Counted from the stretch's first letter, positions 1 through 15,097 are shown. The stretch: DNA of 64,000 bases from Trichoplax sp. H2 (GCA_003344405.1 NOWV01000002.1:310001-374000), one strand, 5' to 3'. The notes: generated by a model from the letters alone, not told the origin. Program-made: numbers and translations.

Positions 1-2251
1 ATCAAGCTAGCTTTACATGAGCAGTGTGTGTTACAAGAAAGCTACCGGTTGACATTAGCCTTCAGGTACTTGGGTGATATTAGGGATTGCCACCTGTGCA
101 AATTTTGTTACCCAGGCGATATGCGCGTTACTTACCGAATTCTGGTTTAAGTATCAAGCGAATAGTTCAAAGCTGTAATTATGTCACTTGCACTACAGTG
201 GCATTTGTACCTGCATAAGCACCGCTAGCTACCTATTCAAAGTTTATTACTTATAGTGTCTGACAAAGGCAGAAATAGCGAATCTATATCAAATTTTACA
301 ATTTGAGCAGCTTTGCAAAATGATATTTTGACAAGATTACAGCCCCAAGTGCACTGTATGAGTAAAGTAAGATAACGAACGGTGTTTTCAGTTGGAATTT
401 GGACATATCCGGGATGGTTAGCACAGTTGTAGTACTGCACAGGAAAATGCAACAAAGCTGCAAAACGCTGTACAGTGGACAACTCGATCCAGTGAGTATA
501 TGATTTACTGTACATCACTGCATAACAACTGCGAAAGAGCATTTCTATCGCTGTACAAAGTTCGTATATAGGTTCTGGATAAAATTTCGGAATTGGCCAG
601 CACCCAAGCTATTCTTTAAATTAAATGCAAAGGAATTTATTGCCTTTATTATTCGTATCCTCTTAAGCAATAAAATTGAAAAAAAAAATGGATGCCTTCA
701 TTTTAGTTTCCGATTTTCATTCATTTTTAAATTAAGAGACTTTTCGGATCAACATCAGTATACGGCTCCCCTTTTATTGTATATATAAAATCTACTGGAT
801 CAATATCCATATACAATATAGTAATATCCTAATATACGAACACTTATCATATACCATTAAGTACTGTACATTCATAATGTACGACATCATGACGACATAT
901 AGACGACATGCTATACATACATATAAAGACATTATCTCAATCTCATCTAAGACCTATAAATACCCTTGCAAGCTAACTCGTTGGTCCGTTCCTATGTTCC
1001 TGCTACCTCAAATTCCTTATCTATCACAACCATATCATTGTTAGCCTATAACTTGTATCTCAATAAAATCCTTTATACCTTCTATCATCGTCTACCTTAA
1101 AATATTTTACGCTACTTAAAGAAGATATTATATTATTACACACCAAGGACTACCACTAGAAAAAGGAATAGTAGTAGTCCATGGCAGCACCCAGAAGCAT
1201 TGGCAACGGCATAACTTCCACATTTAAAGTGCGCCTAGTTATTAACTAACCGTAAATGGTATTTTCTGTTGTCAGAATTTATCGAGAGCTATATCAAAAA
1301 TGAATTCGAGTATACTTCTATATAAAATTCTTTTACTGAGTGAATCACTTAGCCAGCCAATCCTAATTTACTGTTTAGTACTGCAGACATTTGCCCTACT
1401 TTGGTCAATCCAATTGTGTCCAACACTTCATTATGACAGTAGTAAAGCATGCAGATCTAAATTAAGTAATAATAGGACATTGCATTCCATTGCTTGTTAA
1501 GCTCTGCTTAGAAACAGTCCATTTACATCATGCATGTTATTCAAATTAATACGAGTGATTTCGAAAACAGACACGATACTGAGTAACTATTTTTCGCCAT
1601 TTTCTGCTCTGAAAAGTCCGTCCATCCGAGGAGTGTTAGTGGTCTAGCTCTTTTTTCTAGTAATTCTATGGCTGTTTTAACATGCAAAATGGACCAATCA
1701 AATCAATGCAATGCTATCCCAGATTGCTTTACAAACTATGTTTCAAACTATCCATTCTACTCTATACTGTACCCTATTAATGTTACAGTATATTGTGCTA
1801 TAGTAGACAAGGGAAAATAGGACTGTGGATTACCTTACTGCACACTGATGTGTACAGTGTACAGTGCATAGTACTGTACCCGACGACCAAGCAACGAGCT
1901 TTCAACTGTTTTTCTGCGTCGGTCCAAATATGATCTGCTGAGTGTTGATGATTCAAGCTAGAACTAAACTAGAAAAAAAAGAAATCAATTTCAAAGCGAT
2001 TCGAAAGGAAGGAAATACAAGACACTACAGGTAAATCCGATCACTATTTCTCTTGGCTACAGCAGGTTGATTGGCAGAGTAGGATTGGTGTTTGATTGAT
2101 TGTTTATGAACTGAATTGAAAGGAGGAGAAATCAATTCAAGACGGTTTGAAAAGGAAGGAAAAAGGAAGCTATTGCAGGTAAATTGAATTCCTTCTATGG
2201 CATGATAATAATGATCAATCATATCATCCATCATTGGTTTTAGATTGCACC

Positions 2252-5200
2252 ATGACGGATACAACACCCAGTCGTCACGAAAAATCGCTTGGCCTATTAA
2301 CAAGTAGATTTGTATCTTTATTACAAGAAGCTAAAGATGGAGTTTTGGATTTGAAAGTGGTAAGAGTCATGAAACACCATGCTGTTGAATGATATATGAT
2401 AGTAGTGTAGACTTTCAAAGTGATGATAGAAAAATAGGCAACCAGTATTGAAAAGATCATCAAATGCCAACATTATTTTTAATTTTACTATTATCACTTG
2501 CTAGATACTGTAATGCACCAAGACTAGCGTCGTGTCATCAATGCTTGTTATTCTACGATGATCATTGATGTTATGTGTTGCATACCATCATATTAAAATA
2601 GAGGATAAAACCAATGCAGTAAATTACTCAAAAGAATCATACGAGGATGACAGTAATAAGTTTGCCAATGGCATCATTCTTTAACTTTGTAACTACTGTA
2701 CATGAGATTCTCGATCATTCTGATGTTGAATTTGTAGTCATATGAATCATGGAATTTGAATACTGTACTAAAAAAAATAGCAGCAACCTAACGAATCGAT
2801 TATTACTGATTGATTTTAGCTCCCTTTACGCTCTAAATATACTAGATTAAAAATTACAATTAATGAAATTTATTCTTAAACTTTTCAAATAAGATAGAGC
2901 TCATCATTACATTAAGTGAATGAATGCCAAGGATTTAGATCATGCTCATTAAATGCTGACTCATAATGATGATTAAATGGAACAACGCCATTGATCACCT
3001 TTTCGCTATTACAGCATGGAGAGCAACGGAGTACTGAATTTAAAATGCATAATGTAGAATTACTATTAAAGCACCCGGCTGAAATGATAACAGAAATAGG
3101 AGACACACTCTTTGTAGTGCAGAATAAAGAATGACTGCATAAACAAGATTGAAATTGAAGTAAAGGGATACACTTAATTTAAATCCATGATTGCAATATC
3201 ATTTGCAATGGTGGTATGATATACGTATACTACTCTTCATGACATTGACGTACTTTTAAATTTTATGCACCACTATATTCGGCATTACTATACACACTAT
3301 GTAATGAACAAACGTACCATATTAGCTACCATTGATAATTCTTGTTTGTATGATACCACACAGTACAAGTATAGCAGAAAGCCAAAAATTTCTATCAAGT
3401 TGCTATGTTATGCAGTACTTAACTTGCTCACTCTGCGTCTCCATGTGATGATATTGCTAGAATACAATACTGTAATCTTATCTGTTAATTTATTAAAGTA
3501 ACATTTTCACATGTTCATGTTTAGGCTGCTGATACATTAGCTGTTCGTCAAAAGAGAAGAATTTACGATATAACAAATGTATTGGAAGGAATCGGTCTCA
3601 TTGAAAAAAAATCGAAAAATAGCATTCAGTGGAAGTAAGATTAACGATCGAATGATGTATATTGCATAGTATACGCCATACATACAACTTGTATTGTACT
3701 GATTTACATGAAACTTTATATAACTTCGTTTATCACAAGGGGAGCTGGACCAGGTTGTAATACTAGAGAAATTTCCGACCGACTGATGAAACTGAAGGAT
3801 GAATTAAATGAGTTGACTGCATTGGAAAAACAAATCGATAGACACAGCGTATCCATGCAACAGAGCTTAAAAAATGTCGCAGAAGACACCAGAAATCTCG
3901 AGTATCCTTTAAACAGAAATTAGTTACCAGAATACAAGTATATTAAGGTCGAATTAGATTTTTTATTAATGCCGCCTTTATGTCTGGTGCTTTTGTTACA
4001 TGCACTTTACACACTATAATTTATATTGTCATGCAAATGCCACTTCAAATTGGCAACTATAAAAGTTTTGAAATATAGTAATTAATTGATTAACGATCGG
4101 ATGTTACATCAGTACTACATACTGCTAAAAGATTTTTTTATACGTTATAAATCTTGACTCGATAACACTACCAGATCTGCTTATGTAACTCATGATGATG
4201 TTGGCGTCGCTTTTCCAGGTAAGAACTTATCGGATATTATTTTATAATTTTCGCTAAAGGGATTATTGACACATCAATTTATTTCAACAAATTGTGAAAT
4301 ATTTGTAGAGTCGACTGTGCTAGCGATACAAGCTCCCTCTGGAACAAAATTAGCTTACCCTTTATCAGACTCTGTAACGATTTCATTTTAAGATTAAATA
4401 ACGTGATAAAATTCTAATTCAAATGTGTTAATGGGCATATCATATTTAATTCCAGAGTTATCCTCCTGATATCAAGCGAAATTATCAGATACATTTGAAA
4501 AGTGAAACAGGCCCAATTTGTGTCATGCTACTTAATAAGAATGCCCTTAATGAAAAAATATCTGAACAATCATCCTATATGGAGATGCAGTCAAATAGTC
4601 AACCGCCTCCCAATCAGTTTAAGTTTAATCTACCTGAAACTGTACAAAATTTTGAAAATATGGACACGCCTATACCACCTTCCGATACTATGAAATGCCC
4701 TCCTAAAGTAACTCATCGCACTGAACACATAAAACAGATAAAGAGTGAGAATTTTCTCCCAGCGCCACAATCTCAGTATCCAATAACAAATGGTAAATTA
4801 GCATAAAAACAAATCATTTTCCGTATCTCTTATGGTGTTCTCAATTTAACAAGTCCTAGCTATTGAATTACAACCATGATTCTGTTATGCTATCAAGATT
4901 TATTTTTAATGTCTGGCATTTTGTTTTTGCTTTAGATGTTCTTCCTATAGAAACAGAGCAAGCCATGCTTTATGATCAAATGGACCAGAATTTGTCATGT
5001 AAGACTTCTATTTCAATTATTGGATAGCTTTTTCCAATAATACTTCCAACCACTGTATTGATACGAGTATACACTACGATCCATTAAAGTAATATGACTT
5101 ACTATATAAGATGCTGTAAATAGCCTCTTATGTATATTTGATAAATTTTCTCATCAATAGATGTAGTACTGAATTTCTAAATTTTTCGTGCATAAATTCC

Positions 5201-5456
5201 AGATATGTCGAAAAATGATTTCAATATCGAAGATATTATAGCCTCAGAAGGTACTGAAATCTTATATAATGTTTGCTACATATCACAACAATTACTATAC
5301 TTACGAAATTGATATCACGTCAAAATTTTTTCTGAATTAGATTATAGCAATATCCTTTGCCTTTCTCCACCTGGGTATCGCGATTATTGCTTCAATCTTG
5401 AAGAAGATGAAGGCGTTTGCGATCAGTTTGACATCTCTGATTTGATGACAAACTGA
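2252..5456 (+). CDS. E2F4: E2F4/5-type transcription factor, 9 coding exons (2252-2359, 3525-3634, 3740-3901, 4175-4218, 4309-4373, 4456-4792, 4936-4998, 5203-5250, 5341-5456)
   Basis: Spliced translation gives [73 protein letters not shown] (E2F DNA-binding domain), a coiled coil and marked box ([28 protein letters not shown]), and the pocket-protein motif [17 protein letters not shown]. The short N-terminus fits E2F4/5. Confidence 0.95.
3902..4174 (+). other. U12-type (minor spliceosome) GT-AG intron in E2F
   Basis: 5' site GTATCCTTT, branch-like TCTTGAC at 4152-4158 about 16 nt before CAG, and no polypyrimidine tract. Splicing restores ..[13 protein letters not shown]. Confidence 0.88.
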
Positions 5457-7402
5457 ACAATATCCATACACTATCCAATGATTGAACTTATAATGATAAC
5501 TTATTTTATTTCTCTGCGTACTTCGACATTTTGTTATCTTTCGTATCGGATATCAAAACAGCTGTAGAACATTTACAAAAGCTAAGTTAGATAGTTCAAA
5601 TCGTTTGAACTTAAATTCTGTACAGCGCGTCTACAAGCTAAAATCCTTGTAATTTGCATAAATCAATCTGTATGACAATAATTCCACTATCAATTTTAAA
5701 AACTGTAATAGGGGAACATATTGACTATTTTTCCATCAAATCTTTTCCCTTTGATATCAATTTTTAATTGCTCGTAAATAATTAATACTGATTTGTTAGC
5801 TTAATATTCCGAGTACTTTAGATGTAAATCTTTAATTATTTCCTCGATTCACACTTTTCTTGAATATGTACAGCCCTCGACGATATCTTTTTGTCCCTGA
5901 TGTTACGCTGCTTTGTAACAACGCCACCTCATAGTAATATTAATATTAGTTAGACTTCCCTTTCCGCTAATATAAATATATCACAGCCATCATTCCTATA
6001 CCAGCAGAGTAGGATATTGAAAGAATTACTAATAATAATGCTTCAGCGATGTAAAGTGTCGAGTTATGTAAAACGTCTTTCACTTATATTTCATAAAGAC
6101 CAATTCGAGTAGCTAGAAATACTAGTGTTTTTTGACAGAAGATGCCATTATTTTGAATCAATCACTACTCATTTGCTTAATAACATTCAATGCAACGGAC
6201 TTCGGTAAATGTTTATTGTATTCATCTTCTGACTTATACTAAGTTACAAAGGAGTTTAACGAAATAAACATCGTCAGCATGATCAATTGTGATGATGATC
6301 TTGTCGTCTTAACGATGATCATTATTTATCGATATAGATGTGTGATCTATCAATTAAGCATAAATTGAAGTGACATTATTTTATAGTATTATAATCAATC
6401 AGTTGATTAAGCAATATCTAAATACGGCAAGAAATATTCGAATTATTAAGTAACTCAAAAAAATACCACATCGTATTATCTGAGGAAACTTCACCGATTA
6501 ATTATCGCTTACAAATTTAACAGTCGACCCTAAATGAACGGTGAAATACTACAAATGCATTAAAGTTGACCGACATCCTTAATTTACTTCTGAATATGAA
6601 CGTAACTATAGATTAGTGTAATTTCTTTAGCCTTCAATATAAATGCTGTAGATAAAAATAAAAAAATAGCATTTTTCTATGTTGATACTCTCTTATTACC
6701 TCACTCTAAATTAAAGAAACTATAATTTTATTCGCTGTGAATCACTTCATTAGAAACATCATGATAATTTATATTATCTACATCTACTGCAGATTGATAA
6801 TTAATCTATAGTGTAAAATATTTGATCTGATCATAAAATGATGGTGCTGCCATTACCTATGATCTACGTTTATATTTCTTAATATCTCGACGTGACATTA
6901 ACATCATTAAAATATTGCTGTTATAAAAAAGGATACAGCGAGTGAGCTAAAACAAACAAGTGCATTAAATTATAAGATCTCCTTATCATATAGGTAATGG
7001 ATTATACAGATAAGCAGCGTCAAAAATATTTGTCAACGTTCATTAAGTACAATTTCAAGTATTTGTCTACTAAATTGGCAGCTAATTCAAAGTGATGACA
7101 TTTTTGTTCTTTCACGTAGCAAACAATAAATCACCAGTAGTTGAGATCGATCAGGGTATGAAGATGAATTAAAAAGTTATAAAAGAATAAAAGCTTAAGG
7201 AGTCAAGAAAGACATTGTCACAAAGTTTAATAATTAAAAATAGTAGCTATAATTATAACTGATATAGAGCAGTGTAAGGTAATCATGAAAGTAAGACAAT
7301 TATAACAAAGTGAATACTGTGTTAGAAATTATCTTATGAACCATTATAAGGCGTTAGTTGAACTTAATGCCATTAAATGACATCAAATTTATCTGTATTG
7401 CC

Positions 7403-10400
7403 TTATTGAATATTGCAAGATTTGCTATCTTTAACATCGCTACCAATGCTTGCAGTAGAACCTAAGTTAGCGCCTCCATTAGAACTTGCACCTTCTTCTG
7501 CGATGGTTTCATTCTCATGAGTTTGTCTGATAAATTTTTGACCTTGAATCATCTGTAATTTAGAAATCAAAATTAAGTGTTATTCAACACCATAATCTTG
7601 TCTTAAATAACGCTTATTGCATTATTTATCACTTTCTATTTATACATATATTAGAAGAGTGTGTATTATTAATAAATTAGTTATAATGTGTATCGTATCA
7701 GAATATTACTGCTATCAACTATCTATTGCATACCGTAGAAAGCATCGTCACTTTGGCTTTCAATTTATTAGAATAGTTATTAGAGGCCGCAGTAATAGCT
7801 CGATGGAATGCTTCGAAATTTTGTTCTTCCACGGGTTTCTTACCCCACTCCAAGCATAATTCCTTTATAACATAAGAATCAGCCAAATTGTAAAACAATT
7901 TATACATAATATTATTAAATAATACGATGTATATTTACTTATTCGTGCTATATGGACATTGCAGAGTTAGTATGTTATAATTCAATTATATAATAATCAA
8001 TATGAGAATAAAGATGAAAGGATAAAATATTTTTTGCTTTGAAAGTTTCCATAATTACATGTGATACTCTGTCTGTATCAACTATCGATTATTAACATGT
8101 ACTGTACTTCATATAAGGCTTTTCAAAGAGCGATGATTTTTGCAATTCATATGGTTCACTAGAAATGAACCTGTAGCGATACAGAAAAGTTAAGAGTATA
8201 AATATTTACTTGAATACGTTTTTCTTTCTTTTGGAAGATATCTTGCTTTCTTTTTAGAGCCAATAATTCCGCTTTAAGTTGAGAAACTTCACCACCATCA
8301 TTACCTTGACCAGGTATCACTGAAGCCCTACGTGTATTTGAATCTTGAATACTGTCCATTTGGCGTAATTCCTTTGTGAATTGATGAATTATGGCGTTAT
8401 GTAGAATAGCCGTTTGAGTTAAAATTTTGCAAAGAACAACGAATATCATAGTTGTAATTTACCTTCGTGGACATCTTCAATAATCTTGGATCAGCGACAC
8501 TATCTTCTTGACGACCAAACATTTGCAATGTGACGCAACCTTGGTCGAACCAGTCTAGATGGTCTTGAGTAATTGTTGCTAAAGTCACAATGCGAGTATG
8601 ATTATACTCTGGTGATAAAGTACCAGATTTGGTTTCTGTTTGGGTTAAGGTTTCTTCATTATAACATCTGTACTTGACTGTTAAACCTTTACTAAATCGA
8701 GCTTTATGGATTTCAGCATTCCTAATTGTGACCTAAAGAGTGAAAACGATATGATTTGCAGAATTGTTGTACTAGGTAAGCAAGCTAGAAAATTTTTGTT
8801 ATTGTAAAAATTTATTACTTCAATAATCAAGTAGTATCTTAATATCTACATCAGATCTATATCGTAACAGTAGTTACTATTTATACAAAATTATAACGAT
8901 TTACATAATTTTGAAAGTTTTCATTTTTCAAAATACACAATTTAATTACCTTGAAGTGATATGGCTTGCCAAGCAAATCACCCGGCTCCTCAACAAAGTA
9001 ATCATCTCCTAGAGGTTTACCATTTGCTAAACATGGTGTACAACTAACGGAGATAAATCCTTCTTCAGCGCCCTAGTTTTAATATAAAATTGAATTATTT
9101 CATTAACTATGAGATATAAAACAGCCTTATATTGCTTCATCAGACGCCTTTACAACTACAATCGTAGATACAATACATTTTAAACTTATTGCAACTAGTT
9201 ATTAAATATACAAATACGATATTCTTCTATAGTAAATACATTTATCTAAACAAACTCTATTCATAGTCGTACCTTATAATCTGTAATTGTTAATCTATCA
9301 TCAAAATCTAAGCCGTATGCCAAACTCTGTAAAAATATACTAGCAGTCCCGATAAGAACGTCTTCAGGAGGTTCCCAGAATGGATCTTCTTCGTTCGGAA
9401 TTTTCTTTACGTCTTCATCTCCGTCTAAGTGACGTTGGTATAGGTCCTAAACGATTTATAAAATGAGCTGTTATATCTCAAGATAACTTGTCAAGTATAT
9501 TAGTAATTGACTATTAGTATGAGACTAATTATACCTGCATCAAATAACGACGATTCATAAATTTGCCTCTCTCCCAGAGCCATGTATTACCATTCTTTAG
9601 GTCTTTCATCTTCACCATAACTTTAGTAGTTTTATTACCAGATATTTCTTCCATTCCGATACCAGGAATCAAAATTACCTCAAAAGATCTATTATAGGTA
9701 TATAGAAAAATCAATAATAATTTAGATAAACTATACTAGTACAAAACGGTTGAATTACTGTTCTAAACTATATTCTAGATATAAACAGAGTAAATATTTG
9801 TAGTTACAACTTACTCATATCATTTTACATCAAATTTCTACTATACTATAATTCTGTACAATGTACTTATCTATTGTGCTACTTGAATATTACTAGCTTG
9901 ATCAATAAACTATACCAAATAAATACTATACATGTAAACAATTATATCTTTTGAAAATTACCTATGCTTATCCAATTCTTCACTGATAGTATTGACTTCA
10001 CTGACAAGTGGGAGCAGTTCTAAAACTTGTTCTTGAGCAATTTGTTGTTCTATAATACGATTTTATAACAAATATGAATTATACTATCTTAACACTTGTC
10101 CTCTCCTTATTCTATACTCTAATAGTAATCAATACAACTAATGTAATATACTTCAGTTTACGATAGTACAAACCTTTACTTAATCCTTGACCTCCTGTAC
10201 TAAATCCTTTACTAGCTGCTAATTCTTTCTGTGCGAATTCGTAATCGATTTTATCAGGAGTACCATCCGGTAAAACTGGGTTCTTAGGATTGTTGAAAAC
10301 AAACAAGTTGTTAGAACCGAACAGGACGCGATCAAAGTGTTGTAACACTCTTTCGCCGGTTAGCGGTGCACCATTAATCTTAGTCTTAGCGCCAGGTACG

Positions 10401-13400
10401 CCCGGTTTAATGCTAACTTGATCGTTTTCTAGCGTCATAATAGAATGCTGCTTTTGAACACTAAAGCCAAATAGACGACAATACACAGTAAACTGATTAG
10501 TATTATAGCTTTACCCTCGTAACTTAGATCTATTTATCTAAACTAATTTACTCAATAATTACAAACATAGTAATCTATTCATGTACATTAGATTCTGTAT
10601 TATACGTGTATTATATATCTTTAAATTATCTTAAATACTTTCCCTTACCCTAAACCACTAATGGCGACATCAGGACTTGCATTAGCTAATCCGATAAAGT
10701 TCTCTCCTATACAATCGCAATAATAAAACAAACAATACCAATTAGAAAATCTTAACACTATTACAACTATTCCAATAAATCTAATACATAAATCTACTAT
10801 ATTAAAATTAATTTAATCTAATCTAATCTGCAGTACGAGTCGACATACCTGATTTGATAAAGTGAACGATAACTCCTGATAACTGTGGATCTTCGTTTAA
10901 GTTTGTAAGGTGTGGCTCTGTCTTCCTTCTCATAGCTGCATTCTCTTTTTGTGATGTCTCCTCACTGTAGTTTTGTTGAGATTCTTTGAGCTAAGAATTA
11001 TTACAAACATTACAACAAAATTCATTTACTATCTAACTAGTTTAAGCTCTATTCGATATGCATTAAATGATACATGTTATTATTGTAATTCGAATAGTTG
11101 CGTAACGAAATAGCTTACTTTGTCATCCCAACTAGTAGACATTTCTTTCATTGCATCCATGTTAGCTAACAACTGAGCTTTAATTTCTTCCTCCATCTCT
11201 TTCTTTAGTCGTTCTCGTTCTATTTACAATCATTAGAATGTAAATACTAAGCTTAACAAATTCTATTTCTAACGGTATCTTTAAGTTTACGAGAAGCTGT
11301 TGTATTATTTATATTTACGTATAATTGTATCAATCTATCTAAAAGTTTTGTAATTTAGTCTTACTTAATATTGTTTATTAATATTATTATTAATATTAAG
11401 ATAATCTTACCTCCAGGATCGATTGCTGCTCCGCCTTCCGATGGAATCATACCGCCTTCCATTGCTCTTTTTAGTTTTTCGTTTTCTTCTTTTAATTCGC
11501 GAATCAGTTTCTCCATAGGATTCTCATTGACAGTGGCTTTATTTTTAATCTTCTTCGCACGATCAGCATAACTGAAAATGTTCGTAGTAACCATATTAAC
11601 TCATAAATACATATAAAATCATAAACTAAATTATACAAACAATTCGTTCATTAATTAATATATTTTATACTATACCGTAGTGTGCCGAGTGTTTCGTCGA
11701 AGTTAATATCAGCAGGCGATAATGCAGCAATCATCACAGTTTTACTATTTAGTACATTATTATTAACAAATACAAAGGAAAAGAAGTATATGAGTTTATA
11801 TTCGCCAGCGAAAATAGAATAATCACATCTTACTTCTGTTTAACACTATCTAACGCTTACCTGTTACCGCCAAGAGCGTTTTGTAATAATTTAGTCAAGA
11901 CCGAATCACGATAAGGTACTTTTATCTTCTTCTTACTAGTAGATAACTCGGCAAGAGCCTAATAAATCGTTAATTACTTTAGACCAAAAATTGAAGACTC
12001 ACGCTCTATATTAGTATACGAGTAAAATTATCGATAAAGTTTTATATATATACTTACAGATATAACGTTACCCAAAGCAGATAAACTCTTGTTAATTTGT
12101 GCACCTTCTTTTAAACGATCGCCAGTAGCTCCGGTACTATCAGCTCTTTCGCTTCCTATGTAAAATTTTATAAAGATATTGTAAGTTATTATCAACTTAA
12201 TTCTTCACACTCCTTACTTAGCTCATTTTAACTCTGTTACTCGTCTATATTGTTATACTTATTTACAGACTCTTACCTGCAAGATCGACTAAATTTATAA
12301 CACTAGACTTTTTAGTTTCTTCGCCAGCGTCGTTTTTCTTAATTTGATCGAATGTAATTGTGACGACAGTATGAGCTCGAGAACTCGTCGCATTCATGTT
12401 AGTTGCTGCAACAGTTCGATTTGCGGTTCCTATTACGAATATAGTAAAGTTAAGTTATCATATTTTAGATTTGATAATAATACATCACCTACATAAAGTA
12501 TTTAAAATATTTAAAATATTACATACTAAGAATTTTAAATTTATAGTTGATTGTAATAATACTTGTTTACATTTATAATTATCTAACCTTCTGCGGTTCT
12601 TCTTTCTATTTCTTCGTAGCTGCCAACAGCAGTTTTCTTTAAATCTACAACGTAGAAAAGCCCTAACTTCGGATTTTCACGAACCTGAATAAAATATATA
12701 ATATATCTTATCTTTACTTGTTATTCAGTAATGTAAAGAAGGAATCGCTAACAAACATAAACTAATCATAAAATAGTTATATACAATAACACGTATGTAA
12801 ATGATAATAAATTATCTATTATTTTCTATACCTTTAATCCACCCTTAGGATTGTTTCGGATTAATAAATCGCGAACTTGTTCATTGTAAATTTCCAACAT
12901 ACTGAACGTAACTTCATATTTCTGTCCAAATCCAATATAACAAATATCAGTAACTCGTCAGTATAGAGTGCTATTTATTATCTAAGAGTCTCGAAGTTTA
13001 CAATCTTCGATTTGTGTTACTTATTAATTAATTACTCTATATAGTAGTTTATTACAGTTAGATCTATCTATTACCGTATCTCCTTTATCTGCTTCGATTG
13101 CTTTAAATAATTCGTCACAAGTGATAGGTACGATTCCCCTTAAAGTTATGTAGTACTTATGATTAGATAGTAGATATTTATAAAACCGTACTGAGTCTAT
13201 TAAACTATTATAAACTTATAAAAGCTGACAAGATCGATATTAGAAGTTTTTTAATATCGTAAAGAAACGTGATCGTATACTATTTAGTAAGTAGATTAAC
13301 TTACTTATTTGGACCGTAACCGACCATAGAATAAGATTTACCAGACCCGGTCTGACCATAGGCGAAAAGTGAACAGTTATAACCTATATCAATACAGTAG

Positions 13401-15097
13401 TGTTAAAGTATAAATCAGGTTATGAGACCAGCTCCTATTTTATTATACTGTATTCTATTATAAGTATCGATTTCATAAAGTATTAATAGATCAATGACAA
13501 GGCGATGATGATAAAATATTAATATCTAGATCGTAATACCTTCGAATGCGTTATTTAAAACACCTTGTCCAAGATCGTCAAATACAGCACGTTGTGATGC
13601 ATACTTGGGGCCCGTACCGACAAGGACACCATTATCGTCTTCGATGAATCCATCATGAGACCTTTAATAAATACAATAATCAATTTTACTTTTTATTACA
13701 CGAAATACGAATAAACTGTATATTAGTATATGCCTGTATTAAAGTACGAGTATATACAGTATAAGAGCTAGCATGAATTATTACTCTACTTCGTATACGC
13801 GTATAGTATAGTTATTTTATCCCATTTCTTATACGATAAATTTATAGTTCGCTATTACAATTACAAAACAAACAAATATCATGTGGATCATTAAATTTAA
13901 TACTACAGATTGATGAATTATTTTTTATGATATATAATAAATTTACTTACCAATACGAATAATCAAATGTGAACTTAATTTTGAATGATGAATTAGGGCA
14001 GTAGATAGTTATAATGTAGTAAAGAAGAAAAAGTTATGATTATCTCATTTATAGACTATTATTACTATATTGATACAATTGGCTGTATAGTATAGAGTAG
14101 ACGATCTGAAGTTAATTTGCATTATTCTCAGCCATAATTTACGATATTATACAATTAACTGCGGTTATTTTCCACACTTACTCGTTTCGGTTCTGCCTCT
14201 GTTCGATTCCATCATAAAATTAGGAAATTAAATAAAAGCAACATTCGATTAAATCGCAGATTGGAACAAAGAAAAAATCAGATTATTAAAAGCTATGAAG
14301 GATTTGATTGCTGTACGGGATATGTGTAGAATACATACGTTTATGTACCGTACCGTATTATTAATTCAATTTTATAAAATAGATTATAAGAATGGACTAC
14401 TTGATTTGTAAATACGTATTGATGTTATGAGAAAAAATTAGGTAATCCATCCATAAATAGTCATTGTTGTTGAAGTAATCAATGACAGTCTATCAATTTC
14501 ATTCGCTTAGACGTACTAGTATTTTCGGGATCAATTAAGGAGGTCTGAGGACCAGCCATTTCCACGATAAGCTTGGCATTTCTCTCTTTCTCACTAAAAA
14601 ATGAAATATAATATCGGTTAGAATAGTCGTTTTGAGTTAGCTTGATTGGCAACAACTATGGTACAGTACAGAGTGTTAATACTATCGTTAATTTTTTTAA
14701 CTAAATGTTGTTCTTCTACAGCAGTGTTGAAAATGAATAATTTTTCGCTTGATGAAAAGATGAGTAATATTACATTACGCGTAATATAAAAGTGAGATAT
14801 GTACGCTATCTGATTTGTCATCATCCATCCAGGTTTTATATTGTATCGTGATCGGACGAATGTATCATTCTGGGAACACTCTTACATAAAAGAAATGGAA
14901 AGTTTATCCCTTACCGAGAGTTGAAAGGACGAACACGAACGGCTACTTTAACACTATATTGAAAGAAGAAAAATTAATCATTAAACATGATGACCACTAC
15001 CGTATTAAAACGATGAAAAGTAAAACAATCAATAATCCATATTCTTCCAATTTATAAATATCATTTGATTTTAATTTGCATACGCTTCTCCGCTCAT
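7403..15097 (-). CDS. KIF28: Kinesin-3 family, KIF28/KLP-6-like motor (~27 exons, ~1000 aa): motor, coiled coil, FHA, C-terminal region ending SKSCNIQ*
   Basis: [29 protein letters not shown]-loop [67 protein letters not shown] ([31 protein letters not shown]), [16 protein letters not shown] and DPFWEP, all joined by in-phase GT-AG introns. Confidence 0.9.

Noticed and set aside
237..542. 101-aa minus-strand ORF
   Set aside because: No recognisable domain or convincing splice context; probably a chance ORF.
1147..1180. GGACTACCACTA...TAGTAGTAGTCC hairpin
   Set aside because: Short, partly (TAG)n-derived, with no associated feature.
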